A DNA stretch of 37,919 nucleotides, taken from positions 1 to 37,919 of the forward strand of contig JALUTT010000088.1 of the NCBI GenBank assembly GCA_027021705.1, in the 5' to 3' direction. A program made the position numbers and the translations under genes. Every line of letters starts with the position of its first letter. The first letter of the stretch is position 1. The notes under the pieces are model-generated. The model was given only the letters and a program-made list of their open reading frames with translations. It had not been told where the DNA came from and did not search any database. This DNA comes from Anaerolineae bacterium (GTDB taxonomy: Bacteria > Chloroflexota > Anaerolineae > S140-20). Below are positions 17,074 to 25,976 of this stretch, one piece after another.

Positions 17074-17193
17074 CCGTTCACCCTCTCGCAGGTTAGGCGC
17101 GTTTCCGACGCGAAACCGTGCTTCCAAGAGCCCATCGGGGCTGAAAGCGCCCTCGATCGGTGACCTGCGGGAGGGTAAGCTCGAGGAAATAAC
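17064..17193. mobile_element. Candidate MITE-like or structured element (~108 bp) flanked by an 11-bp direct repeat
   Basis: GAGGAAATAAC at 17064-17074 and 17183-17193; imperfect inverted repeat 17080-17095 / 17161-17176. Confidence 0.5.
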
Positions 17194-17244
17194 GAAAGCG
17201 CTGAGGCGCACAGTCGTGCGCTCGCTATGCGAAGGAGGTCGAGG

Positions 17245-18519
17245 ATGAGTAATCAGCGAGGGGCCGGTTTCATCTTAAAGGCGATCGGCTGGCTGGTCCT
17301 GTTGGCCGTCATCACCTCGGTCAGTTGTCTTGGGAGCGCCGTGCTGGCCCCCAAGGTGAGTGAGTGGATCTACGGAACGGAAGTGGCGGTGGCTCCGGCC
17401 GTGGAGCAGCCCCCCACCCCCCAACCCACCACCGTCGCTCCCCCGGAGCAACCTTCGACGCCCAACGAACCGTCGGCCCTGCCGGCCGACGCCGACGCGG
17501 AGGAGCGGCTCATCGCCCAGGTCTACCGCCAGGTCAGCCCCTCCGTCGTCTACATCCAGGTGATCAAGCAGGTAGGGATCGAGATCCCCGGCATGCCCGG
17601 CATAGAGGCCGGCGTCGGCTCCGGCTTCGTCTGGGACCGAGAGGGCCACATCGTCACCAACTACCACGTCGTCCAGGAGGCCGATGTGGTTGAGGTGACC
17701 TTCCTGGACGGCACCCAGGCCCTGGCCGACGTGGTGGGCACCGACCCCCACTCCGACCTGGCCGTCGTCCAGGTGCGGGACGTGCCCCAGGAGGTCCTCA
17801 AGCCGGTGACGCCGGGGGATTCCGATCAACTCTTCGTCGGGCAGCGGGCCCTGGCCATCGGCAGCCCCTTCGCCCAGCAGTGGACGCTGACCGTCGGCGT
17901 CATCAGCGCCCTGGGCCGCACCATCCGCTCGGGCACCAGCCGCTTCTCCATCCCGGAGGTGATCCAGACGGACGCCGCCATCAACCCCGGTAACTCCGGC
18001 GGCCCGCTCCTGGACGACAGCGGTCGGGTGATCGGCGTCAACACGATGATCCTCTCAGGGGCCCGCTCCTCGTCGGGGGTCGGCTTCGCCGTGCCCATCA
18101 ACATCGTCAAACGGGTCGTCCCCGCCCTCATCGAGAAGGGCGAGTACGTCTACCCCTGGCTGGGCATCGCCGGCGTCACGCTGAACCGGGACCTGGCCGA
18201 GGCGATGGACCTGGACCCCAACCAGCGCGGGGCGATGGTCACCCAGGTCGAGCGGGGCGGGCCGGCCGACAAGGCGGGCCTGCGGGGGGCCGACCGGACG
18301 GTGGAGATCTTCGGCCAGGAGGTGGAGGTGGGCGGTGACGTGATCATCGCCATAGACGACCGGCCCGTCAAGGGGATGGACGATCTCATCGTCTACCTGG
18401 TCAAGGAGACCGAGCCGGGCCAGAAGGTCGTCCTGACGGTGCTGCGGGACGGCAAGGAGATGGAGATCCCCGTGACCCTGGGCGAGCGACCAAAGGCGGA
18501 GGAGATGCCGGGACGATGA
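17245..18519 (+). CDS. HtrA/DegP-like membrane-anchored serine protease with PDZ domain
   Basis: RBS AAGGAGG; N-terminal TM; GSGFV, TNYHVV, DLAVV, TDAAINPGNSGGPL; PDZ. Confidence 0.93.
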   Translation: MSNQRGAGFILKAIGWLVLLAVITSVSCLGSAVLAPKVSEWIYGTEVAVAPAVEQPPTPQPTTVAPPEQPSTPNEPSALPADADAEERLIAQVYRQVSPSVVYIQVIKQVGIEIPGMPGIEAGVGSGFVWDREGHIVTNYHVVQEADVVEVTFLDGTQALADVVGTDPHSDLAVVQVRDVPQEVLKPVTPGDSDQLFVGQRALAIGSPFAQQWTLTVGVISALGRTIRSGTSRFSIPEVIQTDAAINPGNSGGPLLDDSGRVIGVNTMILSGARSSSGVGFAVPINIVKRVVPALIEKGEYVYPWLGIAGVTLNRDLAEAMDLDPNQRGAMVTQVERGGPADKAGLRGADRTVEIFGQEVEVGGDVIIAIDDRPVKGMDDLIVYLVKETEPGQKVVLTVLRDGKEMEIPVTLGERPKAEEMPGR

Positions 18520-18863
18520 CGGAGGAGCGCGAAGGCTGGATCAGCGTAGAGGTCGCGGCCCGCCGGGTCGGACTGACGCCGGCCACCGTGCGCCGCTACG
18601 CCCGGCGGGGCCTGATCGTGTTGCGTCCGGGACCAGGACGTCGGATGGGGCTGCGGGAGGAGGACCTGCCCCTGCTGCGCCGCATCCGACGGCTGACCGA
18701 GCTGGGGCTCAACCTGGCCGGCGTGGAGGTGGCCCTGCACCTCCACCGGCAGGTCTGCGACATGCAGCGGCGGCTGGCCGCGCTGGAGACGGAGATGCTG
18801 AGGATGGAAGCCGAGATGGACGCCCACATCCAGCGCCTCTACCGTCGGCTCGCCTCCCGGTGA
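18516..18863 (+). CDS. MerR-family HTH protein (HspR/CbpM-like)
   Basis: AARRVGLTPATVRRYARRGLI..RRIRRLTELGLNLAGVEV, coiled-coil tail; ATGA-coupled to htrA. Confidence 0.85.
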   Translation: MTEEREGWISVEVAARRVGLTPATVRRYARRGLIVLRPGPGRRMGLREEDLPLLRRIRRLTELGLNLAGVEVALHLHRQVCDMQRRLAALETEMLRMEAEMDAHIQRLYRRLASR

Positions 18864-18949
18864 GCGGACGGCGGGTTGCCTGAAAGCCGGGGATGAGGTA
18901 GAATCTCTGCGCTTCGTCGGACAAAGCACTCACCAGCGAGGAGGACACG

Positions 18950-19426
18950 ATGGCCGAAGAACGGACCGCCGATCTGGACCTCAAGGCGAAGGTCGAGGAA
19001 GCCCTCTGGTACTACGAGCCCCTGCGCCAGAGCCTGAGTCCGGTCAGCGTCGAGGTGGACGACGGCGTCGTCGTGCTGCGCGGCGTCGTCCCCACCCGCA
19101 TCATCAAGTTCCACACCCTGAAGCTGGCCCGTTCCATCCCCGGCGTCCGAGAGGTGCGGGACGAACTGCTGACCGACTCGGACCTGGAGGTTGCCGTGGG
19201 GATGGCCTTGGCCCGGGATGGGCGGACGAAGGACCTGCTGGGCCACGTCTCGGCCAACGCCACCTACGGCACCGTGGTCCTCACCGGCTACGTCGAGTCC
19301 GAGGAGGACAAGGCGCTGGTGGAGACCATCGCCCGCCAGGTGCCGGGGGTGCGCCGGATCGTCAACCGCCTCCACGTCGAGCCCCAACTGGTCGAGCTCT
19401 CCGAGACGATCCCGACGCCGGCGTAG
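18950..19426 (+). CDS. Double BON-domain protein (OsmY-like)
   Basis: VEVDDGVVVLRGVV..IPGVREVRDEL and GTVVLTGYV..VPGVRRIVNRL; RBS GAGGAGG. Confidence 0.88.
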   Translation: MAEERTADLDLKAKVEEALWYYEPLRQSLSPVSVEVDDGVVVLRGVVPTRIIKFHTLKLARSIPGVREVRDELLTDSDLEVAVGMALARDGRTKDLLGHVSANATYGTVVLTGYVESEEDKALVETIARQVPGVRRIVNRLHVEPQLVELSETIPTPA

Positions 19427-19469
19427 GCGATGACGCCTCGGGCCGGAGCGAGGGGGGGGAGGATCTAGA

Positions 19470-19508
19470 GAGCACGAAGAGCACAAAGGGCACAAAGAGC
19501 ACAAAGAA
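19470..19508 (+). repeat. CACRAAGRR nonamer repeats
   Basis: Four units. Confidence 0.8.
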
Positions 19509-19559
19509 AGGCCGATCATCTGGTGGTGCCCTAGAGCAGCGATCTCCGAAGGTCAGCGG

Positions 19560-19592
19560 AGGCGCGACGCACTTCAGAAGTGCGTCGCGCCT
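19560..19592. terminator. Long perfect palindrome (REP-like or terminator) at the end of the chaperone operon
   Basis: AGGCGCGACGCACTTC-a-GAAGTGCGTCGCGCCT followed by TCTTCGTT. Confidence 0.55.
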
Positions 19593-19609
19593 TCTTCGTT
19601 GGGATGTAG

Positions 19610-19638
19610 TTGACCGTTGGCGCGAGGTTTGTTATACT
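19610..19638 (+). promoter_or_regulatory. sigma70-type promoter for the ECF sigma operon
   Basis: TTGACC-17-TATACT with TG extension. Confidence 0.7.
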
Positions 19639-19743
19639 TGCCCTCACCTGACCATCGAATCGCAACCATTCCGGCCCTGGGGTGTTCCTACCAGCAGACG
19701 TGGGATGGGAACCCTCCCGGGCCTCCGTCGGTTCAGGAGGCTG

Positions 19744-20313
19744 ATGGTGAGTCAGGCCGACGAGATCGCGGAACTCGTGGCCCGGGCCAAAGAGGACCCG
19801 GAGGCCTTTGGCCGCCTCTACGAGATCTACGTCAACCGGATCTACAACTACATCTACTACCGGGTGGGCAACCATCACGACGCCGAGGACCTGACCGCCC
19901 GGACCTTCTACCGGGCCCTGGCCCACATCGGCAGCTACACCGAGCAGGGTATCCCCTTCTCCGCCTGGCTCTACCGGATCGCCCACAACCTGGTGGCCAA
20001 CTGGCACCGCGACCGTAGCCGGCGGCAGGAGGTCCCCCTGGAGACCATCGCCTTCTGGAGCGCCGAGCGGGATGCCCCAGAGCACCTCATCGAGGCCGAG
20101 GAGGAGCGCCGCTGGCTGCTCGACGTGATCCACCGGCTCCCTCCTGAGCGGCAACAGCTCCTGATCCTGAAGTTCGTGGAGCGGCTCTCCAACAAGGAGA
20201 TCGGGGAGATCATGGGGCGCAGCGAAGGGGCGATCAAATCTCTCTACCACCGCACCCTGTTGGCGCTGCGCGAGGAGATGGAAAAACGCAAGCAGGAGGA
20301 GGAAGAGCCGTGA
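19744..20313 (+). CDS. ECF RNA polymerase sigma factor
   Basis: RBS AGGAGG; DPEAFGRLYE, DAEDLTARTF, FSAWLYRIAHN, region 4 LSNKEIGEIMGRSEGAIKS. Confidence 0.93.
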   Translation: MVSQADEIAELVARAKEDPEAFGRLYEIYVNRIYNYIYYRVGNHHDAEDLTARTFYRALAHIGSYTEQGIPFSAWLYRIAHNLVANWHRDRSRRQEVPLETIAFWSAERDAPEHLIEAEEERRWLLDVIHRLPPERQQLLILKFVERLSNKEIGEIMGRSEGAIKSLYHRTLLALREEMEKRKQEEEEP

Positions 20314-21155
20314 TCCGCATCGTCACCGACAGCACCTGCGACCTGCCGGAAGCGGAGGTCGCTCGCCACCGGATCCACGTCGTTCCCATCATCATCGCCT
20401 TTGGGACGGAGAGCTACCGGGAGGGGGTGACCATAGACCCGCCCACCTTCTACCGGCGCATCGAGGAGGAGGGGGTGCTGCCCACCACCTCCCAGCCCTC
20501 GCCGGGGGACTTCGCCGAAGCCTACCGGGCCCTGGCCGCCGAGGGCGCCGACACGATCCTCTCCCTCCACGTCACGGGGAAACTGAGCGGGACCTGCCGC
20601 TCGGCGGAGATGGCGGCGGAGATGGTGAAGGACCTGGTCCGGGTCCACGTCTTCGACAGCCTGGCCGGCTCGGCGGCCCTGGGCTACATGGCCCTGGAGG
20701 CGGCTCGGATGGCCGAGAAAGGAGCCGACGCGGCGACCATCCTGAGCCGGCTGGAGGCCATCCGTCGGCGGGTCCACTTCCTCCTGACGCTCCAGGACCT
20801 CCGCTTCGCCCAGATGAGCGGTCGGGTGGGACGCCTCCAGGGGGCGCTGGCCTCCCTGCTCAACGTGAAGCCCATCATCTACCTGGAGGATGGGCTGCTG
20901 GACGTGGCGGAGCGGGTACGCACCCGGAAGCGGGCCGTGGATCGGATGATCGAGATGATGAAGGAGCGGGTGGGCACCTCTCTCCCCGTCCGGCTGGCCG
21001 TCGTCCACGCCGAGGCCCCGGAGGAAGCCCAGATGCTGCTGGAGCGGGCGCTGCAGACCTTCAACGCCCAGGAGAGCTTCCTGGAGGACTTGGCCATCAG
21101 CCTGGCCGTCCACTTCGGGCCGGGAACGCTGGGGCTGATCGCCTATTCGATCTAG
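20310..21155 (+). CDS. DegV/FakB-family fatty-acid-binding protein
   Basis: IVTDSTCDLP, PTTSQPSPGDF, KLSGT, SGRVG, LNVKPII, VHFGPGTLG. Confidence 0.93.
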   Translation: MIRIVTDSTCDLPEAEVARHRIHVVPIIIAFGTESYREGVTIDPPTFYRRIEEEGVLPTTSQPSPGDFAEAYRALAAEGADTILSLHVTGKLSGTCRSAEMAAEMVKDLVRVHVFDSLAGSAALGYMALEAARMAEKGADAATILSRLEAIRRRVHFLLTLQDLRFAQMSGRVGRLQGALASLLNVKPIIYLEDGLLDVAERVRTRKRAVDRMIEMMKERVGTSLPVRLAVVHAEAPEEAQMLLERALQTFNAQESFLEDLAISLAVHFGPGTLGLIAYSI

Positions 21156-21194
21156 GTCGGGTGGTCAGGTGGTCAGGTGGTCGGATGGTCAAGC
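21155..21194 (+). repeat. GGTCRGGT octamer repeats starting at the DegV stop codon
   Basis: Five units; same family as in the glycosyltransferase inserts. Confidence 0.8.
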
Positions 21195-21261
21195 TGACCG
21201 CTCTCCGGGCGCTGGACCGGAGGATCGGAAGGAAGTCGTAGAGGAGAGACGAGGCGAAGCG

Positions 21262-21537
21262 ATGAAGAAGATGAAAGGCCAAGAGAACCTAGAGCGTTGG
21301 ATGGAAGAGCTACTGGCGGAGATGCTGACTCCGGTGGAGCCGTCGCCGCGCTTCGTGCAGGCCCTGGGGCAGGACCTGGTGCGCCGGGCAGCACGGCAGC
21401 CGGTGCGGTTTGTGGAACGGTATCGGCGGATGATCGTCGTCGGGCTGGCCGCCTTGGGATCGGCCCTTTCCCTGGCCGGCCTGTTGCTCTTCTACCTGTT
21501 GCGAGGGCGAGCTCGGAAACCCGCCCTTCAAGCCTGA
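21262..21537 (+). CDS. Small single-TM hypothetical protein (possible minimal anti-sigma factor)
   Basis: PVEPSPRFVQAL helix, C-terminal TM, basic tail; start uncertain. Confidence 0.65.
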   Translation: MKKMKGQENLERWMEELLAEMLTPVEPSPRFVQALGQDLVRRAARQPVRFVERYRRMIVVGLAALGSALSLAGLLLFYLLRGRARKPALQA

Positions 21538-21565
21538 GACTGCCAAGGAAGGAAAAGGAGGCATC

Positions 21566-22759
21566 ATGCAGAAGTTCGGTCGCATCGTGGGATGGGGGCA
21601 CTACGCGCCGCCTCGGGTCCTGACCAACTACGACCTGGAGAAGATGGTCGAGACCTCCAACGAGTGGATCGTCACCCGGACGGGGATCCGGGAGCGACAC
21701 ATCGCCGGCGAGGGCGAGACGACGGCCACGATGTCCATCGCGGCGGCCCGGCAGGCGCTGGAGCGGGCCGGGATGACGGCGGACGAGCTGGACCTGATCA
21801 TCGTCGCCACCTCCTCGCCCGACTACATCCTGCCCCCCGTCTCCAGCATGATCCAGGACCGGTTGGGGGCCCGGCGGGCCGGCGCCTTCTCCCTGGTGGC
21901 CGGCTGCACCGGCTTCGTCTACGCCCTGGTGACGGCCCAGCAGTACATCGCCACCGGGGCCTACCGCAACATCCTGGTCATCGGCGCGGAGCTGATCAGC
22001 CGCTTCCTGGACTGGGAAGACCGCGCTACCTGCGTGCTCTTCGGCGATGCGGCCGGTGCCGTCGTCGTCCAGGCCGACGACGAGCCGACGGGCGTCCTCT
22101 CCTTCGCCCTGGGCTCCGATGGGTCCTTGGCCCACGCCCTCATCGTCCCCGGCGTGGGCTCCGCCACCCTGCTGACCGAGGAGGTGATCCGGCGCAAGGA
22201 CCACACCATCAAGATGGACGGGAAGGCGGTCTTCAGGTTCGCCACCCGGGTCCTGGCCGAGTCCACCGTGGAGGTGGTCTCGGCGGCCGGCCTGACGCTG
22301 GAGGAGATCGACCTGATCATCCCCCACCAGGCCAACCTGCGCATCATCCAGTCGGCGGCCCGCCAGCTAGGGGTGCCGATGGAGAAGTTCTTCGTCAACC
22401 TGGACCGCTACGGGAACACCTCGGCGGCTTCTATTCCGGTGGCCCTCTCCGAGGCGCTGGAGCAAGGGCGGGCCAAGGAGGGGGATACGGTGGTGATGGT
22501 GGGCTTCGGCGGGGGGCTGACCTGGGCGGCGGCGGTGGTCCAGTTGGGGACGATGCCTCAGCGGCGGCAGGCCCACGGGCTCCCGCTCCCCTTCTCGATC
22601 TCCATCCCCCGGCCCTCGCTGCCCATCTCCGTCTCCCTGCCCGTGTCGCCGGGCCGGATGGGGGCGCGGGTGCGGAACGCGGCCGACGCCGTTTCCTCCA
22701 AAGCGACGGCGCTCCTGCTCCCCTTCTTCTCCCGCTCAGAACGGAGAGAGGATAAGTGA
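21566..22759 (+). CDS. fabH: Beta-ketoacyl-ACP synthase III with C-terminal extension
   Basis: RTGIRERH, AGCTGF, FGDAAGA, PHQAN, YGNTSAAS, GFGGGLTW; RBS AAGGAGG. Confidence 0.93.
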   Translation: MQKFGRIVGWGHYAPPRVLTNYDLEKMVETSNEWIVTRTGIRERHIAGEGETTATMSIAAARQALERAGMTADELDLIIVATSSPDYILPPVSSMIQDRLGARRAGAFSLVAGCTGFVYALVTAQQYIATGAYRNILVIGAELISRFLDWEDRATCVLFGDAAGAVVVQADDEPTGVLSFALGSDGSLAHALIVPGVGSATLLTEEVIRRKDHTIKMDGKAVFRFATRVLAESTVEVVSAAGLTLEEIDLIIPHQANLRIIQSAARQLGVPMEKFFVNLDRYGNTSAASIPVALSEALEQGRAKEGDTVVMVGFGGGLTWAAAVVQLGTMPQRRQAHGLPLPFSISIPRPSLPISVSLPVSPGRMGARVRNAADAVSSKATALLLPFFSRSERREDK

Positions 22760-22763
22760 CAAG

Positions 22764-23216
22764 CTATCGGTCGGAGCCTGCTTCCTGATCAGGGAACTCC
22801 CGAGCCAGGAAATCCCGCACGGTGAGAATTGGAATACCAGCGTACTCACCCAAAGCCAGAAGGTGGCGATCGCCGGAGACCACGTAGGCAGCCCCCACCG
22901 CAACCGCGCAGTGGAGAAAGATGTCATCGTCAGGATCGGCGGCCACCACGGGGTCTCCCTCTGGTACCTGTACCTCGAACATAGAAGCGAGACTCATCGC
23001 ATAGGCCACCAGATCCGAGGGCGCCAATCCCAGTTGACTGAGGCGAGGCTGGAGCCGGTCATAGTCTAGCACTTCAGCCAGTTCAGCCAACATTGAGGGG
23101 GCCATACACAACTCCACCTGACCCTCCTCTGCCAAGCGCAGTAGGTTCCAGCACATTCCTCGCCACAGCAGCCCAGAGACCCATATGTTGGTATCAATCA
23201 CAAGGCGCACGTTCAC
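22764..23216 (-). CDS. PIN-domain toxin
   Basis: VIDTNIWVSG, DPDDDIFL..A, VVSGDRHLL. Confidence 0.9.
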   Translation of the reverse strand: MNVRLVIDTNIWVSGLLWRGMCWNLLRLAEEGQVELCMAPSMLAELAEVLDYDRLQPRLSQLGLAPSDLVAYAMSLASMFEVQVPEGDPVVAADPDDDIFLHCAVAVGAAYVVSGDRHLLALGEYAGIPILTVRDFLAREFPDQEAGSDR

Positions 23217-23455
23217 ACCGCCCGTCGTTGACGTCGCACTTCGTGGACGATCTCGCTGATCTCATCCAGAGAGAGCGGTTCTCCCTCTGGGGCCTGGGCA
23301 ACGATCTCCGTCACCGGCGGCGGAGTGATGCGCTTCAGGTGCAAAGTGTCGCCTTCGACCCAGACAACAAAGCGGTCGGCAGGGCGAAAGTGCGCTGCGA
23401 TCGTCTCCGGCAGTTCCAGCGTGCGTTGAGAGGTCAACTCGGCGATCTCAATCAT
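23213..23455 (-). CDS. Putative AbrB/MazE-like antitoxin
   Basis: 80 aa, GTGA overlap with toxin; ELPETI..FVVWVEGDTLHLKRI pattern. Confidence 0.72.
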   Translation of the reverse strand: MIEIAELTSQRTLELPETIAAHFRPADRFVVWVEGDTLHLKRITPPPVTEIVAQAPEGEPLSLDEISEIVHEVRRQRRAV

Positions 23456-23488
23456 CTCTCCCTCCCCACTGATAAGGGCTCCCTAGCC

Positions 23489-23519
23489 ATAGTGTACTAT
23501 ACTGGCCTCCAACCGTCAA
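23489..23519 (-). promoter_or_regulatory. TA promoter with palindromic operator over the -10
   Basis: TTGACG-17-TACACT; ATAGT-gt-ACTAT dyad at 23489-23500. Confidence 0.65.
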
Positions 23520-23559
23520 CAGATTCCAGCAGGATGACCACCCGTTAACGTTGTGGCAG

Positions 23560-23637
23560 GCCGTTCACGAACGAGGCACGAATCCAACGAATAGCAGGCC
23601 ATTTCATTCGTGCATTCGTGAGGGATTCGTGGACGGT
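23560..23637. repeat. ~77-bp palindromic element of three ACGAA(T) units facing three ATTCGTG units, copy 1
   Basis: Ends CCGTTCACGAA / TTCGTGGACGG; second copy at 30488. Confidence 0.8.
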
Positions 23638-23662
23638 CCATCGTCTCCCCTACAAGCGGTGA

Positions 23663-25798
23663 TCAAGGACTCTCCCCAAAAACCGCCTGGACCTCCTCGG
23701 GGCGGTAGAGCTCCAGCATCGCCTCCCACCAGGTGAGCCCCTGGGTCTTGCGAAACTCCCACCAGCGGATGTCCTCCCAGTAGTAACGCCAGCGGAAGAT
23801 GGCCGGCACCCGCTCCCAGCCATAGTCGGCCGCCAACGTGGTGAAGTCCACGTAGTAGCCCGTCGGGATGGGAACCTTGAGCCGCCCCCCCTCCCGCTCG
23901 GCCAGCCCCCCCTCGAAGCGGGCCTTCAGGTCCCAGGGGGCCTCCCGCAAGGGCCGGCCCATACTCCCGTCCTGCCGGGCCGTCCTCAAGTAGACCCGCC
24001 AGTAGGTGCGATAGCCGATCTCCTCCCGCACCACCTCCACCAACGGGGGCTCCTGGTCATAGAACCCCTGGCTGAAGGAGAAGGCCCGGCCCGCTTTGTG
24101 CCAGTCGTAGGGGGATTGGCCGGGCAGGGGGGGCGCTCCCAGACGCCGGATGGAATCCCCCAGCACCCCCAGGTAGTCTATCCCCGTCTCCTCCAGAACC
24201 CGCCGCCGCAGGGCGTTGAAAGAGTCGTCCACCCGGTCGGAGAGGAACTCCCGGTCGTCTCCCCCGTTGACGTCGGGCAGCCCCACCAGTGTGTAAGGGG
24301 GGCCATCGGAGGGCAGGGGGCGCACCTTCTCCAGGTAGAGGGGGGGCGAGGCCTCCGGAACGATGGACCGGGCCAGGGCGATGGTCTCCGGCGAGAGCGG
24401 ATGGGCCGTCCAGGTGGGCGGTCCGATCCGATCCTGCCCGCTGAAGGCCGGCCGGGCGATCCCCCAGCCGCTGATGCTGGCCACGATCAGGTGGGAAGCC
24501 CCGCCGCGCTCGTAGGTGTAAACCAGCGTCTGGCCGTCGGGGCCCCAGGCCGGGGTGCTCCCCTGGCCGAAGAGCTGGGTGCGGGCCTCGTCGTAGCCCC
24601 CGAAGCCGGCGTCCAGGCTATCCCAGTCGAAGGTGTTGATGTAGATGGTCGCATCGCTGTCCCGCCCGATGGTGAAGGCCAACTGGGTTCCATCGGGAGA
24701 CCAGGCCGGGTTGTCCTCGTCCAGGTCCGGCGTGTTGGTCAGGTTGACCACCGCCTCCTCCCGCGCCTGGTCCAGGGGGTAGAGGTAGATCTCCTTGTTG
24801 CCATCCCGGTAGGAGACGAAGGCGATGTGCCGGCCGTCGGGGGACCAGGCCGGCGCGAAGTCCGGCGCAGGGTCGTAGGTCAGCCGGATCGGTTCCTCGC
24901 CGAACTCCGTCATAATGTAGATGTCCAGGTTGCCGTCCCGATAGGCCTCGTAGGCGATGAACTTGCCGTCGGGTGACCAGGTGGGATGGGCCTCGTAGTC
25001 GGGGGAGCGGGTGAGCCGGATGAGGGCCAGGCTCTGCAGGTCCATCCGGTAGATGTCCCAGTTGTTCCCCCGGCGGGAGGCGAAGGCCAGCGTCTGCCCG
25101 TCGGGCGACCAAGCCGGGTCCACGTCCTCGGCGGGATGATAGGTGAGGCGCACCGGCTTCCGATCCCCCAGGTTGACGGCGTAGATGTCGGCGTTCCCCT
25201 CCCGGCGCAGGGAGAAGGCGATGGCCCCACCGCCGCCGAAAGGGGTGGGCGTGGGCGTGAGCGCGAGGGCGGCGAGCCGGTCTGCATCGGCCGGGGAGAG
25301 CACGGGCGTGGCCGGGGGAAGGGTGACCTGACCGGCCGAGGTCGCCGTCGGGGTGGCGGTGGGTGCGGACCGGGCCTGGCTCAGGCCGGCCACCTGAATC
25401 CCCAGGAGGCCCAGGTTGGTGAGGGCCAGCAGCAAGAGGAGGAGGGCGGTCGTCGGGCGGAGGAGGATGGGTTGGCTCAGCCGTTGGCGGTGGCGGCGCA
25501 CCCCCTCGGCGATCCGACGGCGCAGCCGGCGCTGCCCCGCCACCAGGGCAGCGAGGCGATCCCCGGCCCAGCGCCAGGGGCGCAGGACCAGGTCACGGAG
25601 GGCGCGGCCCAACCGGCGCAGGAGACGCAGCGGTAGGCCGAGCAGAGCGCCTCCCAACCGGTGCAAGAGGCGCAGCGGGAGACCGAGCAGAGCGCGGCCC
25701 CGACGGGCCAGGCCCCCCACGGCGGCGATGCCCCAGCGCAGCGGTGCGGTCAGGAACCGGCCTATGCGTTTCACCTGAGAGGGAGGATCGTCGAGCAT
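23663..25798 (-). CDS. Membrane-anchored TolB-like beta-propeller (PD40) protein with extra C-terminal domain
   Basis: Repeated PAWSPDG..IAF motifs; TM helix; Pro/Thr linker; start MLDDPP. Confidence 0.85.
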   Translation of the reverse strand: MLDDPPSQVKRIGRFLTAPLRWGIAAVGGLARRGRALLGLPLRLLHRLGGALLGLPLRLLRRLGRALRDLVLRPWRWAGDRLAALVAGQRRLRRRIAEGVRRHRQRLSQPILLRPTTALLLLLLALTNLGLLGIQVAGLSQARSAPTATPTATSAGQVTLPPATPVLSPADADRLAALALTPTPTPFGGGGAIAFSLRREGNADIYAVNLGDRKPVRLTYHPAEDVDPAWSPDGQTLAFASRRGNNWDIYRMDLQSLALIRLTRSPDYEAHPTWSPDGKFIAYEAYRDGNLDIYIMTEFGEEPIRLTYDPAPDFAPAWSPDGRHIAFVSYRDGNKEIYLYPLDQAREEAVVNLTNTPDLDEDNPAWSPDGTQLAFTIGRDSDATIYINTFDWDSLDAGFGGYDEARTQLFGQGSTPAWGPDGQTLVYTYERGGASHLIVASISGWGIARPAFSGQDRIGPPTWTAHPLSPETIALARSIVPEASPPLYLEKVRPLPSDGPPYTLVGLPDVNGGDDREFLSDRVDDSFNALRRRVLEETGIDYLGVLGDSIRRLGAPPLPGQSPYDWHKAGRAFSFSQGFYDQEPPLVEVVREEIGYRTYWRVYLRTARQDGSMGRPLREAPWDLKARFEGGLAEREGGRLKVPIPTGYYVDFTTLAADYGWERVPAIFRWRYYWEDIRWWEFRKTQGLTWWEAMLELYRPEEVQAVFGESP

Positions 25799-25805
25799 CG
25801 CCGTC

Positions 25806-25833
25806 ACTATACCACGCTTCGCCCGACTGTCAA
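25806..25833 (-). promoter_or_regulatory. Promoter for a probable leaderless transcript
   Basis: TTGACA-16-TATAGT, 7 nt before ATG 25798, no SD. Confidence 0.65.
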
Positions 25834-25976
25834 GGGGCAAGGGGCAGGGGGCAAGGGGCAAGGAGCAAGGGGCAGGGGGCAAGGGACAAGGGACAGTGGA
25901 CTGCGGACCACCTGACCACCCGACCAAGCGACCCCCCGACCAAGGACTGCGGACTGCGGACTGCGGACTGCGGACT
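25831..25976. repeat. Composite cassette (GGGGCAA)n-(GACCACC)n-(GGACTGC)n
   Basis: Fills the whole gap between the upstream stop codon and the -35 box. Confidence 0.9.

Noticed and set aside
22764..23455. TA pair as marker of a prophage or integrative element
   Set aside because: No integrase, att-like repeats or phage genes nearby; looks like a solitary lower-GC insertion
25799..25927. N-terminal extension of the TolB-like ORF, and likewise 4023-4115, 5469-5528 and 21169-21261
   Set aside because: Extensions run through repeat tracts, promoters or the upstream gene; internal starts are better supported
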